From Rhizomicrobium sp. (GTDB taxonomy: Bacteria > Pseudomonadota > Alphaproteobacteria > Micropepsales > Micropepsaceae), in assembly GCA_037355265.1 (NCBI GenBank), contig JBBCIB010000001.1:151839-215838 (forward strand): a DNA stretch of 64,000 bases. The letters run 5' to 3'. Shown piece by piece: positions 1-8,351 of this stretch. The position numbers and the translations under genes were made by a program. The notes under the pieces are model-generated. The model was not told the DNA's origin and searched no databases. It saw only the letters and a list, made by a program, of their open reading frames with translations. The number at the start of each line of letters is the position of its first letter. Position 1 is the stretch's first letter.

Positions 1-2
1 TC

Positions 3-497
3 TACCTGCTGTCGCCGCCGATCCACGACATCTCGACCGATCCGGAATATCCGCCGCCGTTCAAGGCGCTGCTGCCGCTGCGCGCGGGCGCCAGGAACGG
101 GCCGGACTATGACGGGCCGAAGATCGTGACGTATCGGGGCAAGCGCCTGACGGTCGCGGCGGCGCAGAAGAAGGCCTATCTCGACATAAGGCCGTGGTCG
201 AACCTGTTTCCCGCCAAGGCGAGCGACACCGGCACGCCGCGCGCCCGCGCCTTCTGGCACGCCTATGCCACGATGAAGAAGCTGGGCTGGAACATCGTCG
301 CGCAGGACGAGGCGGCGGGGACGATCGAGGCGACGGTGTCCAGCCTGTGGTTCGGGCTGACCTCCGACGTCTGCGTGCGGGTCAAGCCGGCGGGCCGCAT
401 CGGCGCCCTGATCGACATCCGCGCCAAGAGCCGCGACGTCGAGAACGACATGGGATTCAATGCGAGGCTGGTGCGCGGCTATCGCGCCAGCCTTTAG
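3..497 (+). CDS. DUF1499-family protein (5' partial)
   Basis: Frame open from the window edge: PPIHDISTDP...IEATVSSLWFGLTSDVCVRV...IDIRAKSR...DMGFNAR, typical DUF1499 motifs. Confidence 0.85.
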   Translation, partial: YLLSPPIHDISTDPEYPPPFKALLPLRAGARNGPDYDGPKIVTYRGKRLTVAAAQKKAYLDIRPWSNLFPAKASDTGTPRARAFWHAYATMKKLGWNIVAQDEAAGTIEATVSSLWFGLTSDVCVRVKPAGRIGALIDIRAKSRDVENDMGFNARLVRGYRASL

Positions 498-1177
498 AGC
501 GGCCCGAAGGTCCGCTCGAAAGCGCGCAGGCCGGGCGGGGTGAAGGCGACGGCGCGCGAGCCGGGTTCGCGCCGCGCCCAGCCGAGCGCGAAGATGCGCG
601 CCAGCAGCGCCGCGCCGAGCGCGCCGGCCAGGTGGCTGCGCCGCGCGCTCCAGTCCAGGCAGTCCTTGCACAGCGGACGCCGTGCGGCCGAAGCGGCATC
701 GAGACCGATGCCGAAAGCGCGCATGAAATCCGCGCCCCTGCGCGACAGCGCCAGACCGGCACCCTGCCGCAGCAGCAGGCGCCGCGCAACGAGCCCGTCG
801 AACAGCGCGACGCCGAGATCGCCGGCCAGATGATCGTAGCAGACCCGGGCGCGGCGCAGCGCCGGCTCTGCGGGACCGGGGCGCGTACGGCTGTGGCCGG
901 TGCGCGCGGCGAGACTCATCAGGCTTTCCAGCAAGGCGGCGACATCCGCACCGGCGAGCGCGAAATAGGCGTGGCGGCCCTGGCGGCGCGGCGTCACCAG
1001 GCCGCCCTGGCTGAGCTTGGCCAGATGCGAGCTGGCGGTCTGCGCCGTGACGCCGGCTTCGCGCGCCAGCTCGCCGGCCGTCAGCGCGCGGCCGTCCAGC
1101 AGCGCCGACAGCATGTTGGCGCGCGCCGGATCGCCGATCAGGGCGGCGACGGGAGCGATGTCGGGACCGGCTTTCAT
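494..1177 (-). CDS. ArsR/SmtB-family winged-helix transcriptional regulator
   Basis: IGDPARANML..LLDGRALTAGELA..TASSHLAKL; C-terminal ARVCYDHLAG and CLDWS.RR.HLAG motifs. Confidence 0.9.
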   Translation of the reverse strand: MKAGPDIAPVAALIGDPARANMLSALLDGRALTAGELAREAGVTAQTASSHLAKLSQGGLVTPRRQGRHAYFALAGADVAALLESLMSLAARTGHSRTRPGPAEPALRRARVCYDHLAGDLGVALFDGLVARRLLLRQGAGLALSRRGADFMRAFGIGLDAASAARRPLCKDCLDWSARRSHLAGALGAALLARIFALGWARREPGSRAVAFTPPGLRAFERTFGPL

Positions 1178-1213
1178 AGTTCGACGCTAATCGAATCATG
1201 GCGGCGGGCGCAA
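1178..1213 (-). promoter_or_regulatory. Putative promoter and auto-operator of the ArsR gene
   Basis: Palindrome TTCGA-N6-TCGAA at 1180-1195; minus-strand TTGCGC-N18-TAGCGT-N6-ATG. Confidence 0.55.
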
Positions 1214-2082
1214 CGCTAGTCGCGCGGGTCGGGAGGGAGAGCAACCGGCGGTCGCACTCGGTTCCGCAGCTTCGCCGCTCCTGCGGGTGCGCCGCGTGGC
1301 GCGCGCTGATCGCGCGCCGCCGGTCGCTCGCCGGCGCGTTCGCCCGCGCGAAGGGCACGGCCTCCCGCAGCCTCCATCTTTCCGCACGGCTGCCGCCGCA
1401 GTCGTCTTGCTTCATGTCGGAGCTAACGCTCCGGCTCGATCGCGGGACCGCTGACGCTCGGACGCGCCGCATCCCCCGTCCTGCGCTGCCCGCGATCTCG
1501 GGCCGCATAACGGAGCCCGGCTGCTGAAACCAGCGAAACAGACCCCGAACATTGGAGGTGAACTTGGAAGGTCGCGGCATGTTCTTATACAAATTACATA
1601 CGGCCGCGATATTTACTTGCACAGCCAAGTCAATATGTTGTCGGCGGAATCGCAAAAGCCATTGCTCCTCATGGTCATTCGAGACAATACTTGGAGTTGT
1701 AGAGTGTCTCGTCTCGGGGGAATCGGATGGTCAAGGGCACTTGCATTGCTGCCGTTCTAGCGACCGCACTTCCAGTGATCTTTGCGTCGGCTGCCGACGC
1801 CCGATTTCTGCAAGCTGACCCCGTCGGATACAAGGATGACGTCGACCTCTACACCTACGTTCAGAATGATCCCACGAACAAGGTTGACCCGAGAGGCACC
1901 GATGCGGTGTGGGTCGTTGACCAGAACACCGGTCAAACCACACTCGTCATACCCGTCCAGTTTTCCGGACAGGGTGCCAGCGCCGCCAACGTCGGTGCGA
2001 TCGTCAATCGAGATAACACTCTCAGTATTTCGAATCCGAATATGAAGATTCAGGTGATTTCGACCAGCACCCCCATCAATGG

Positions 2083-3269
2083 CAGGGCTATCGCATATGT
2101 CGGATGAGGTCGAAGAGGAAGGCGTCGTCCCAGCCTGCGCGCAGGAGTTTTCGGCGAAGCGAGGTCTTTTTGTCGGGGTGCGCTCTTGCGATGTTGAGGG
2201 CCAATCTTCTGATGACGGCCAGGTTGGCGGGTCCGTTGTCCTTGCGATTGCGCGCGAGGTCTTCGTCCAGGACGACGTCGAGGGTCCAGTGCAGGGTGTT
2301 CTCGATGCCCCAATGCTCGCGCCTTATGGCGAGAAGCGTCTCGGCTTTGTAGGCGCGCGACAGCAAGAAGAAGCGTTCGACGGGTTCGTCCTGGTCGCGC
2401 CGGCTGGTGATCCTGGCAACCGCCACGAGGCCGGGAAAGCCGTGCTTTTGCGCCATCGTCTTGACGCTGGTGACGAGCGCGTCTCGGCTCTCGCTGCGGC
2501 CGTGGCGGGCATCGCGTGTGGTGGCCGGTTCGGTATGGGCCGGCAGCATGGCGATGGCAGCCTTGGTATCGGCCAGAAGGCCGGACTGATTGGCCTTCAC
2601 CGCCAGGACGTAATCGGCGCCTTTGTCGATGATCGCTTTGGCCATGTCGGCATGACAGTGCAGGGCGTCGGCGGTGACGATGCAGCCCTTGAGCGCCACC
2701 AGCGCGAGCGCGTCCAGCGCGCCCTGCGTCTCGTTGTTGTCCGCCGCCAGCACGCTGGCCAGCGTCATGCGGGTCTGCGCCCCCCACAGGCTCACCATCA
2801 TCCGGGGCATGTGGCTTTGACCGACCTCGTAGGCGCGCCGCAGCGACTTGCCGTCCACCGCGACGACGCCCTTGGTCTTGCCGAGCTTGGCCGACGCGCC
2901 GAAGGTCTGCATGAACCGGCCGAACGCCACCTCGAAGGCCGCAGGGTCCAACAGCCGGAACACACGGCTGAACGTGTCATGGCTCGGAATGCCGTGTTCC
3001 AGCGTCAGGATGGTGCGAAGCAAGGGTTCCTTGGCAAGGCCGAACTCTTCCATGTCGCTGCACGAGGTCGCGCCACACAGCGTCGCCAACAGCGCGATGA
3101 AGACAATCTCGACAAGCTCATGGCGGGCGTTGTCCGCCCGAGGATCGACCAAATCCCCAAAGCAGTCGTGGAAAGTGTCCAGCGGCATCTCCCAGAGAAT
3201 CAGAAGATACCTTCAGAATCCACTGGCTATCCGCTTACAAGCACAAAAATCCCATATGCGATTCCCCTG
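2083..3269 (-). mobile_element. ISAs1-family insertion sequence (1187 bp)
   Basis: Terminal IRs CAGGGCTATCGCATATG and CAGGGGAATCGCATATG (15/17 match); 10-bp TSD CCATCAATGG at 2073-2082 and 3270-3279. Confidence 0.95.
2088..3188 (-). CDS. ISAs1-family DDE transposase
   Basis: DPR...[55 protein letters not shown] motifs. Confidence 0.95.
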   Translation of the reverse strand: MPLDTFHDCFGDLVDPRADNARHELVEIVFIALLATLCGATSCSDMEEFGLAKEPLLRTILTLEHGIPSHDTFSRVFRLLDPAAFEVAFGRFMQTFGASAKLGKTKGVVAVDGKSLRRAYEVGQSHMPRMMVSLWGAQTRMTLASVLAADNNETQGALDALALVALKGCIVTADALHCHADMAKAIIDKGADYVLAVKANQSGLLADTKAAIAMLPAHTEPATTRDARHGRSESRDALVTSVKTMAQKHGFPGLVAVARITSRRDQDEPVERFFLLSRAYKAETLLAIRREHWGIENTLHWTLDVVLDEDLARNRKDNGPANLAVIRRLALNIARAHPDKKTSLRRKLLRAGWDDAFLFDLIRHMR

Positions 3270-3633
3270 CCATCAATGGGGTGTTGAACAAAATGGATTT
3301 CAGTCCCGGCTACAACACGAGCATGTGTGGTGCAGCAGGCGAATGCGTGAATAAGCTCGGCGGCGACACCGCCCACATCAACAGCGCAAATGGGCAGTCC
3401 ACCGACGCGGCGGCTCATGACGTCCTTCACTTTGCCGGCGTAAAGGACCAATACATTGAGGGTCCTCCTGATGCGCAGGGCAACCGGACAAGTACGCCGG
3501 CGCCTGGCTATACCAACAGCAACATAATGACTTCGCGCAGCGGAACACAATTGACGCCTCAGCAGTTCCAAGAGGCACACGGCAACTCGACGACGAAGCA
3601 ATGTGTCGTGCAAACGGGCTCGAAGATTCCGGT

Positions 3634-4047
3634 ATGCCACTAAAGCTCATCAGCTGCCGCATGTTCGCAACGTTCGCTGCTGTTGCGCTGTCCAATTGCG
3701 CTTGCGCAGCGCAGCCACTTCCTCGCACGCCGGTCGAGGTCTGGCGTGGCGGCGATGACGGCCTGACTTCAAGATTTGGCGATGCGGTCGATGAAGCATT
3801 TCGAGCGTCATCGACCTTTACCCTTAGCTCCGGGAGCAAGCCCGGTACCATGATAGTGACGATTCCGACCAATGTTTCCTGGAAGCCAATCGGAACACGG
3901 ACGCAGGTAACCTATGCCGTGACATTCGCGACACTAGACAAGCGAAGTCTGGGAAGCAGCACCGGTATGTGTTTCGATGACGCACTCAGCGACTGCGCTG
4001 CTCATGTTCTGCGGGACGCGCAGGTGGCAGCAAAAGCGAGCAGATGA
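3634..4047 (+). CDS. Exported or lipoprotein-like small protein, putative cognate immunity protein
   Basis: Overlaps the toxin stop; hydrophobic N-terminus with LSNC; C-terminal Cys pair; start could be 3634 or 3661. Confidence 0.6.
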   Translation: MPLKLISCRMFATFAAVALSNCACAAQPLPRTPVEVWRGGDDGLTSRFGDAVDEAFRASSTFTLSSGSKPGTMIVTIPTNVSWKPIGTRTQVTYAVTFATLDKRSLGSSTGMCFDDALSDCAAHVLRDAQVAAKASR

Positions 4048-4161
4048 ATAGCCGGGCTTCTTGGCAAGGTGCCGATCAGGAGTTGGGATCACTCCAAGGC
4101 GTCCCAAGAGGCAACCCAGACCGCAATGGACCGCAGCCGTGCCGCATGGGGCGATTGAGCA

Positions 4162-4527
4162 ATGAACATCTGGAAATCGTCGATAATCGCAGTTGCCTGC
4201 GCCGCTGCATTGCTTTCTGCCCCAACGCTCGGTGAACAAGTCGGGTCTAAGCAATCACAATGCAAGACCGGTCCGGTGACCAAGCTGTACGGCGGGCCAA
4301 CTTGGCTTGTGTATAGCTGCGATGATGACAGAAGCGTCGTCATCGTTTCCGCGCCGGGCAGTCCCGCAGCTCCCTTCTACTTCAGTTATTTTCCCGAAGC
4401 GGGCGGATACCATCTGTCGGGAGAGTGAACCGGCGACCGGGCGGCAACGGATTTGGCGTACAAGGAGCTCGCTGCCCTCACGGCGAAAGACATTGCTCTA
4501 CTGATCGCAGAGACGAAGCGGCACTAA
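4162..4527 (+). pseudogene. Small exported protein with an in-frame TGA at 4426-4428 (orphan immunity-like)
   Basis: Signal peptide; frame continues after GE* as TGDRAATDLAYKELAALTAKDIALLIAETKRH to a TAA that overlaps the next ATG (TAATG). Confidence 0.7.
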
Positions 4528-5545
4528 TGCGCACGAAGCTATTCTTTTCGGCGATAGCGTGGAGTGTCGCGATCTGTTTTGCCGTGTCGCCGGCAGCAGC
4601 TCGTGTGCGGGCACCGTCGCTGCATCCGCCCACGAATGATCCCGTACAAGTCGTCCGCACGGTCATGGCGACTCCCGACGATAAGATCGATTTTGTCAAA
4701 GCAAAGCTGACGTTCGACAAGATTTATGATCCGACAACCGACATCGCTGGCCGGCTTGCGGACATCGATGCGATGGCGCAGACGATCCGAACGATGGCAG
4801 GGACTTCAGCGCCTCCGCGATTGCGCCTTATCATGCTGCGCAAGTACATCTATGACGCCGGCGCGTGGAACAACAACAAGCCGTTCCAATATGACCTCAG
4901 CGATCCGTTCGGCCGCAAGCCTGTAAACCGGCTGCTTTCCACCTACCTTGTTACGCATCATGGCAACTGCGTGAGCATGCCGATCCTGTTCGTGGCGCTG
5001 GCGCAGCGACTGGGGTTGAACGCGACGCTTTCGACCGCACCGAACCATATGTTCGTCAAGTACATGGATGACGTGACTGGCAAGACCATCAATCTGGAAA
5101 CGACCAGCGGAGCCTACCCCGCACGGGACGTCTATATCCGGCAGAACATGCCGATGACCGATCAGGCGATCGCGAACGGCATCTATATGAAGACGCTTTC
5201 CAAGAAAGAGGCACTGGCCGTCATGGCCGACATCGTTCTGGAGCGTGAATTTGCCGACCGACATTATCAGAAGGCTTGGGATGTGGCCGAGGTTCTGCAG
5301 CCCTATTATCCGAACAACCTCGCCGTTCTGTTGGCACCCAGCAATGCCGCTTTGGGGCTCATTCAGGAAGAGTATCTAAGCAAGTACCCCACCGAGGCGA
5401 TATACCGCTCCAGCTGATGGACCGTTTCAATTTGCTGGAGAAGACGGTGCCTGGCGCATTGAACCATGCTTATGCCCTAGGCTGGCGGGAAACGGACGGC
5501 GATGAGAAGCCGCCCGCAGCAGAAGCGTCAGACCGCCCGCAATAG
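4527..5545 (+). CDS. Exported SirB1/transglutaminase-like (Transglut_core2) protein; frameshift near 5397
   Basis: Signal peptide; GNCVSMPILF, APNHMFVKY and NLETTSG motifs (Cys-His-acid triad candidates); tail continues in another frame (DIPLQL...AYALGWRE). Confidence 0.8.
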
Positions 5546-5780
5546 TCCTCCCCGTGCACTGACTGGCGCACCGCGCTGCGCGCGGCCGGGCTCTCGCGCG
5601 CCGAGCCCGCTTCGCGGTCTCTGCCCTTCGGGCTTCGATCCCTTGCGCTTTTGGTAAGGCCAGCGCGCTGCCGCGCGCTGACTTTGTTTGATGCAATTCC
5701 CCTCCGCGGGAGTGGGCGGCGCTCCCTTCTAGGCCCGCCGCGGCGTGCCGCAACGCGCTCCGCGCGTCTTCCGCTTCGCT

Positions 5781-6165
5781 CCAGCCCTTCGGCGATGGCG
5801 CGCTTCAGGGCGACGTCGGCATAGCCGGCACCCTCGGTGCCCAGGTCGCGCAGCGCGGTGAAACCCGCCGCCAGCGTGGCGCGCGCATGGTTCACGGCGC
5901 GGACGGTGCGATAGGCTTCCGGCTCCTTCAGCACCTGATCGTCCCACGGCGTCTCGTCATAGGGATGCAGGAAGAGATGCGAATGCAGGTCCATCAGGCC
6001 GGGCAGCAGCGTGCAGCCGGGCAGCTCGATGTCCTGCACCACGACGCCGAGCGCATGGCGCGGCGCGACCTTGGCGATGCGGTCGCCGTCGACCAGCACC
6101 GACAGTCCTTCGCGCACGCCGTCCTCCGCGCTCCAGACGCGCGCGGGATGCAGCGCGACCGTCAC
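5781..6165 (-). pseudogene. Amidohydrolase-family gene, truncated at the 3' end by the island
   Basis: TLLPGLMDLHSHL...AGFTALRDLGTEGAGYADVALKRAIAEGL, then abrupt transition to non-coding hairpin sequence; only about 128 codons present. Confidence 0.85.
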
Positions 6166-6551
6166 GGCCCGCGCCAGGCGAGAGGGTGGCCTATGAGCGC
6201 GCGATCCACGGTGACGAAACGCAGGCCCTCGACCTGGCACTGCGCCAGCAGCAGCCGGTCGAAGGGATCGCGCGTGGGCGGCGGGTCGTCGAGATCTTCG
6301 ACGGCGTGGAAGGGCGTGACGGGCAGAAGCGTGTATTCGAGCGCTGCGAAATATGCGGGCAGGGATGCCAGCGGAATTGGCAGGGCGAGCTTCGACAAGC
6401 GATGCTTGATCGCCATTTCCCAAAAACTCGCAGAACTCGCGATTTTCTCGTTGCCGGCATCATCGAGCAGCCGGGCAATGGCGGCGCCGGTGGTCCTGAC
6501 ATTTCTGCGCAAGATGGCCATCAAAATATGGCTGTCGAGCAGAAGCCTCAT
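6162..6551 (-). CDS. vapC: PIN-domain toxin, VapC family
   Basis: LLLDSHIL, SFWEMAIK, RDPFDRLLLAQ, VTVDR motifs. Confidence 0.92.
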   Translation of the reverse strand: MRLLLDSHILMAILRRNVRTTGAAIARLLDDAGNEKIASSASFWEMAIKHRLSKLALPIPLASLPAYFAALEYTLLPVTPFHAVEDLDDPPPTRDPFDRLLLAQCQVEGLRFVTVDRALIGHPLAWRGP

Positions 6552-6838
6552 TTCCTGCGTCGCGGCTTGTCGAAATCTTCCGGCAACGGCGTGATCAGAA
6601 AGTCCTCAGGCAAAGGATCGTCGAAATCCGGGGAGATCCAGCCTTCTATGCGCTCGATCCCATGGTCGCGCAGGTATTTTTCTCCCGCCTCCCAATTCGT
6701 GCCGCCCTTCTTCTTGTAGGGCACGATCGCGCAGACCGGCTCGCCGTTGCGGGTGACGGTGACCGTCTCGCCGCCCTCGGCCGCACGGACCAGTTCGGAG
6801 AAGCGGTTCTTTCCATCTTTGATCGAGACTGTGCTCAT
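6548..6838 (-). CDS. Phd/YefM-family antitoxin
   Basis: MSTVSIKDGKNRFSELVRAAEGGETVTVTRNGEPV; acidic tail DFDDPLPED; overlaps vapC. Confidence 0.9.
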   Translation of the reverse strand: MSTVSIKDGKNRFSELVRAAEGGETVTVTRNGEPVCAIVPYKKKGGTNWEAGEKYLRDHGIERIEGWISPDFDDPLPEDFLITPLPEDFDKPRRRK

Positions 6839-6844
6839 GCCCGG

Positions 6845-6874
6845 AAGGTAGCTACCGGTAGCTACCTTTGTCAA
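6845..6874 (-). promoter_or_regulatory. TA promoter and operator
   Basis: Perfect 24-bp palindrome AAGGTAGCTACCGGTAGCTACCTT (two GGTAGCTACC sites) between TTGACA and TACCTT, 6 nt before the ATG. Confidence 0.8.
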
Positions 6875-7758
6875 GACAAGCGGTAATGGCCGTCGTCCCG
6901 CGCCACAAGGCCGTCGTGCTCCAGCTTGATCAGGTGGGCCAGGACCGAGCGCGAGGCGGCGGGCCACAGGCCGCGGTTCACATCGGCATAGATGTGTTCG
7001 ACCATCGCGGGGATGGTGTCGCGGCCGGCGGCGAGGGACGCCAGCACCTGGCGCTCGCGGTCGAGGCGATGCGCGCGATAGGCGGCGAGGAAAGGCTTGG
7101 GCTCCGTCACCGGCGCGCCATGGGTGGGATAGAGCGTGCGGTCGCCCCGCGCCTCGAGCTTCTCGACGCTGGCGATGTACTGCGCCATGTCGCCGTCGGG
7201 CGGCGTCACCACCGTGGTCGACCAGCCCATGATGTGGTCGCCGGTGAACAGCGCCTGCTCCTCCTTCAGCGCGAAGCACATATGGTTGGAGGTGTGCCCG
7301 GGGGTGTAGACGCATTCGACGGTGAAGCCGTCGCCGGCGATGATCTCGCCATCCGTCACCCGCACATCCGGGATGAAATCCATGTCGCCGCCCGCTTCCA
7401 GCTTCGGGGCGCCATCGTCCGCATCGCGGCCGGAGCCGTGCGGGCCGAAGGCGTAGGTCCTGGCGCCGGACCATTCCTTGAGCGGCTTGGCGGCCGGCGA
7501 GTGGTCGCTGTGGGTGTGGGTGACGAGAATGTGCGTCAGGCGGCGGCCGGCCAGCACGCGCTTGAGGGTGTCGATATGCTCCGGCAGGTCGGGGCCCGGA
7601 TCGATCACCGCGACGTCGTCGCCGCCGACGATATAGACGCCGGTGCCCTTGAAGGTGAAGGGGCCGGGATTGTTCGCGACGAGGCGCGAGATCAGCGGCG
7701 TGACGCGCACCGCCTCGCCGTAATGCGGCTCGAATTCGCGGAGGAAGGGGATCGCCAT
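6871..7758 (-). CDS. MBL-fold metallo-hydrolase (LACTB2-like)
   Basis: NPGPFTFKGT, THTHSDHS, TPGHTSNH, FTGDH, PTHG motifs. Confidence 0.92.
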   Translation of the reverse strand: MAIPFLREFEPHYGEAVRVTPLISRLVANNPGPFTFKGTGVYIVGGDDVAVIDPGPDLPEHIDTLKRVLAGRRLTHILVTHTHSDHSPAAKPLKEWSGARTYAFGPHGSGRDADDGAPKLEAGGDMDFIPDVRVTDGEIIAGDGFTVECVYTPGHTSNHMCFALKEEQALFTGDHIMGWSTTVVTPPDGDMAQYIASVEKLEARGDRTLYPTHGAPVTEPKPFLAAYRAHRLDRERQVLASLAAGRDTIPAMVEHIYADVNRGLWPAASRSVLAHLIKLEHDGLVARDDGHYRLS

Positions 7759-8114
7759 CAGTTTCCGCTTTCGATGTCGGCCGGCGGCCGGGTCATGATG
7801 CGCTCCTTGCGCACGATCGACGCGGGATGCGAGCGGTGCAGGATCAAGCCGATCCTGCGCGGCAGGCGGTGCGCGGCATGCTCGATCATAAAGGAGAACC
7901 AGCGCACCCGGTGGCGCATGCGCTGGATCGCGCGGCGCATGGTGCGCGAATAGTTGATCAGGATCGCCAGACCCGCCGCCAGCGGCAGGAGGCCGGCCAG
8001 CGGGATCGGGATCGGCGCGGGCGTGAGGACGATGCCGACCACCGTCAGCACCCATCCCAGCGCGAGCATCAGGACTTTACGCAATCCACCGTCCGAAAGA
8101 TTGACCCGGATCAT
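7758..8114 (-). CDS. Small membrane protein (PGPGW-like)
   Basis: Two hydrophobic helices around PAPIPIP and a basic tail; coupled to the downstream gene. Confidence 0.65.
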   Translation of the reverse strand: MIRVNLSDGGLRKVLMLALGWVLTVVGIVLTPAPIPIPLAGLLPLAAGLAILINYSRTMRRAIQRMRHRVRWFSFMIEHAAHRLPRRIGLILHRSHPASIVRKERIMTRPPADIESGN

Positions 8115-8351
8115 ACATGGGCGACTGCGAGGCGCACTGCAACATGAAGATATTTTCGCGGCATCCGGACGAAACGCGGGAACCGTTAACGTACTGAATT
8201 GACATGGAAAATATTGCTGTCTCTGGCTGATATCCCTGATGCGGCCCGGCTTGGCGAGGCCGATCCCGCGGCTTTTCCTTCCGCAGCGGCGCGTTTGCCC
8301 GGCCGATGGCCGCGCTTTAACGTCCGGCAAAATTCGGGGAGAGAGACGCGC

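Larger units (their letters stand above)
1727..3643 (+). pseudogene. Signal-peptide mini-RHS protein with metallopeptidase-like C-terminus, interrupted by ISAs1 (1727..2082 joined to 3280..3643 gives 239 aa)
   Basis: Signal peptide ending ASAADA, then [32 protein letters not shown] (RHS-core motif). Removing the IS and one TSD restores the frame (TPING-VLNKMDF). The C-terminus has AAHDVLHFAGVKDQY...NIM. Confidence 0.85.
1220..5781. mobile_element. Horizontally acquired island (toxin/immunity-like cassette; no integrase seen)
   Basis: Visibly lower GC and atypical codons at about 1530-5545; hairpin-rich non-coding ends; right end truncates an amidohydrolase; boundaries approximate. Confidence 0.6.

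Noticed and set aside
1198-1818. ORFs 1198..1527 and 1552..1818
   Set aside because: No motifs, poor codon bias and no clear RBS; they span the hairpin region and the AT-rich promoter region.
4426-4428. In-frame TGA as selenocysteine or programmed read-through
   Set aside because: Context GE*TG fits a Gly codon mutated or miscalled; no redox motif and no supportable SECIS.
1220-5781. Island as a prophage, integron or ICE
   Set aside because: No integrase, phage or conjugation genes, no tRNA target and no direct repeats found at the ends; attC identity cannot be confirmed by eye.
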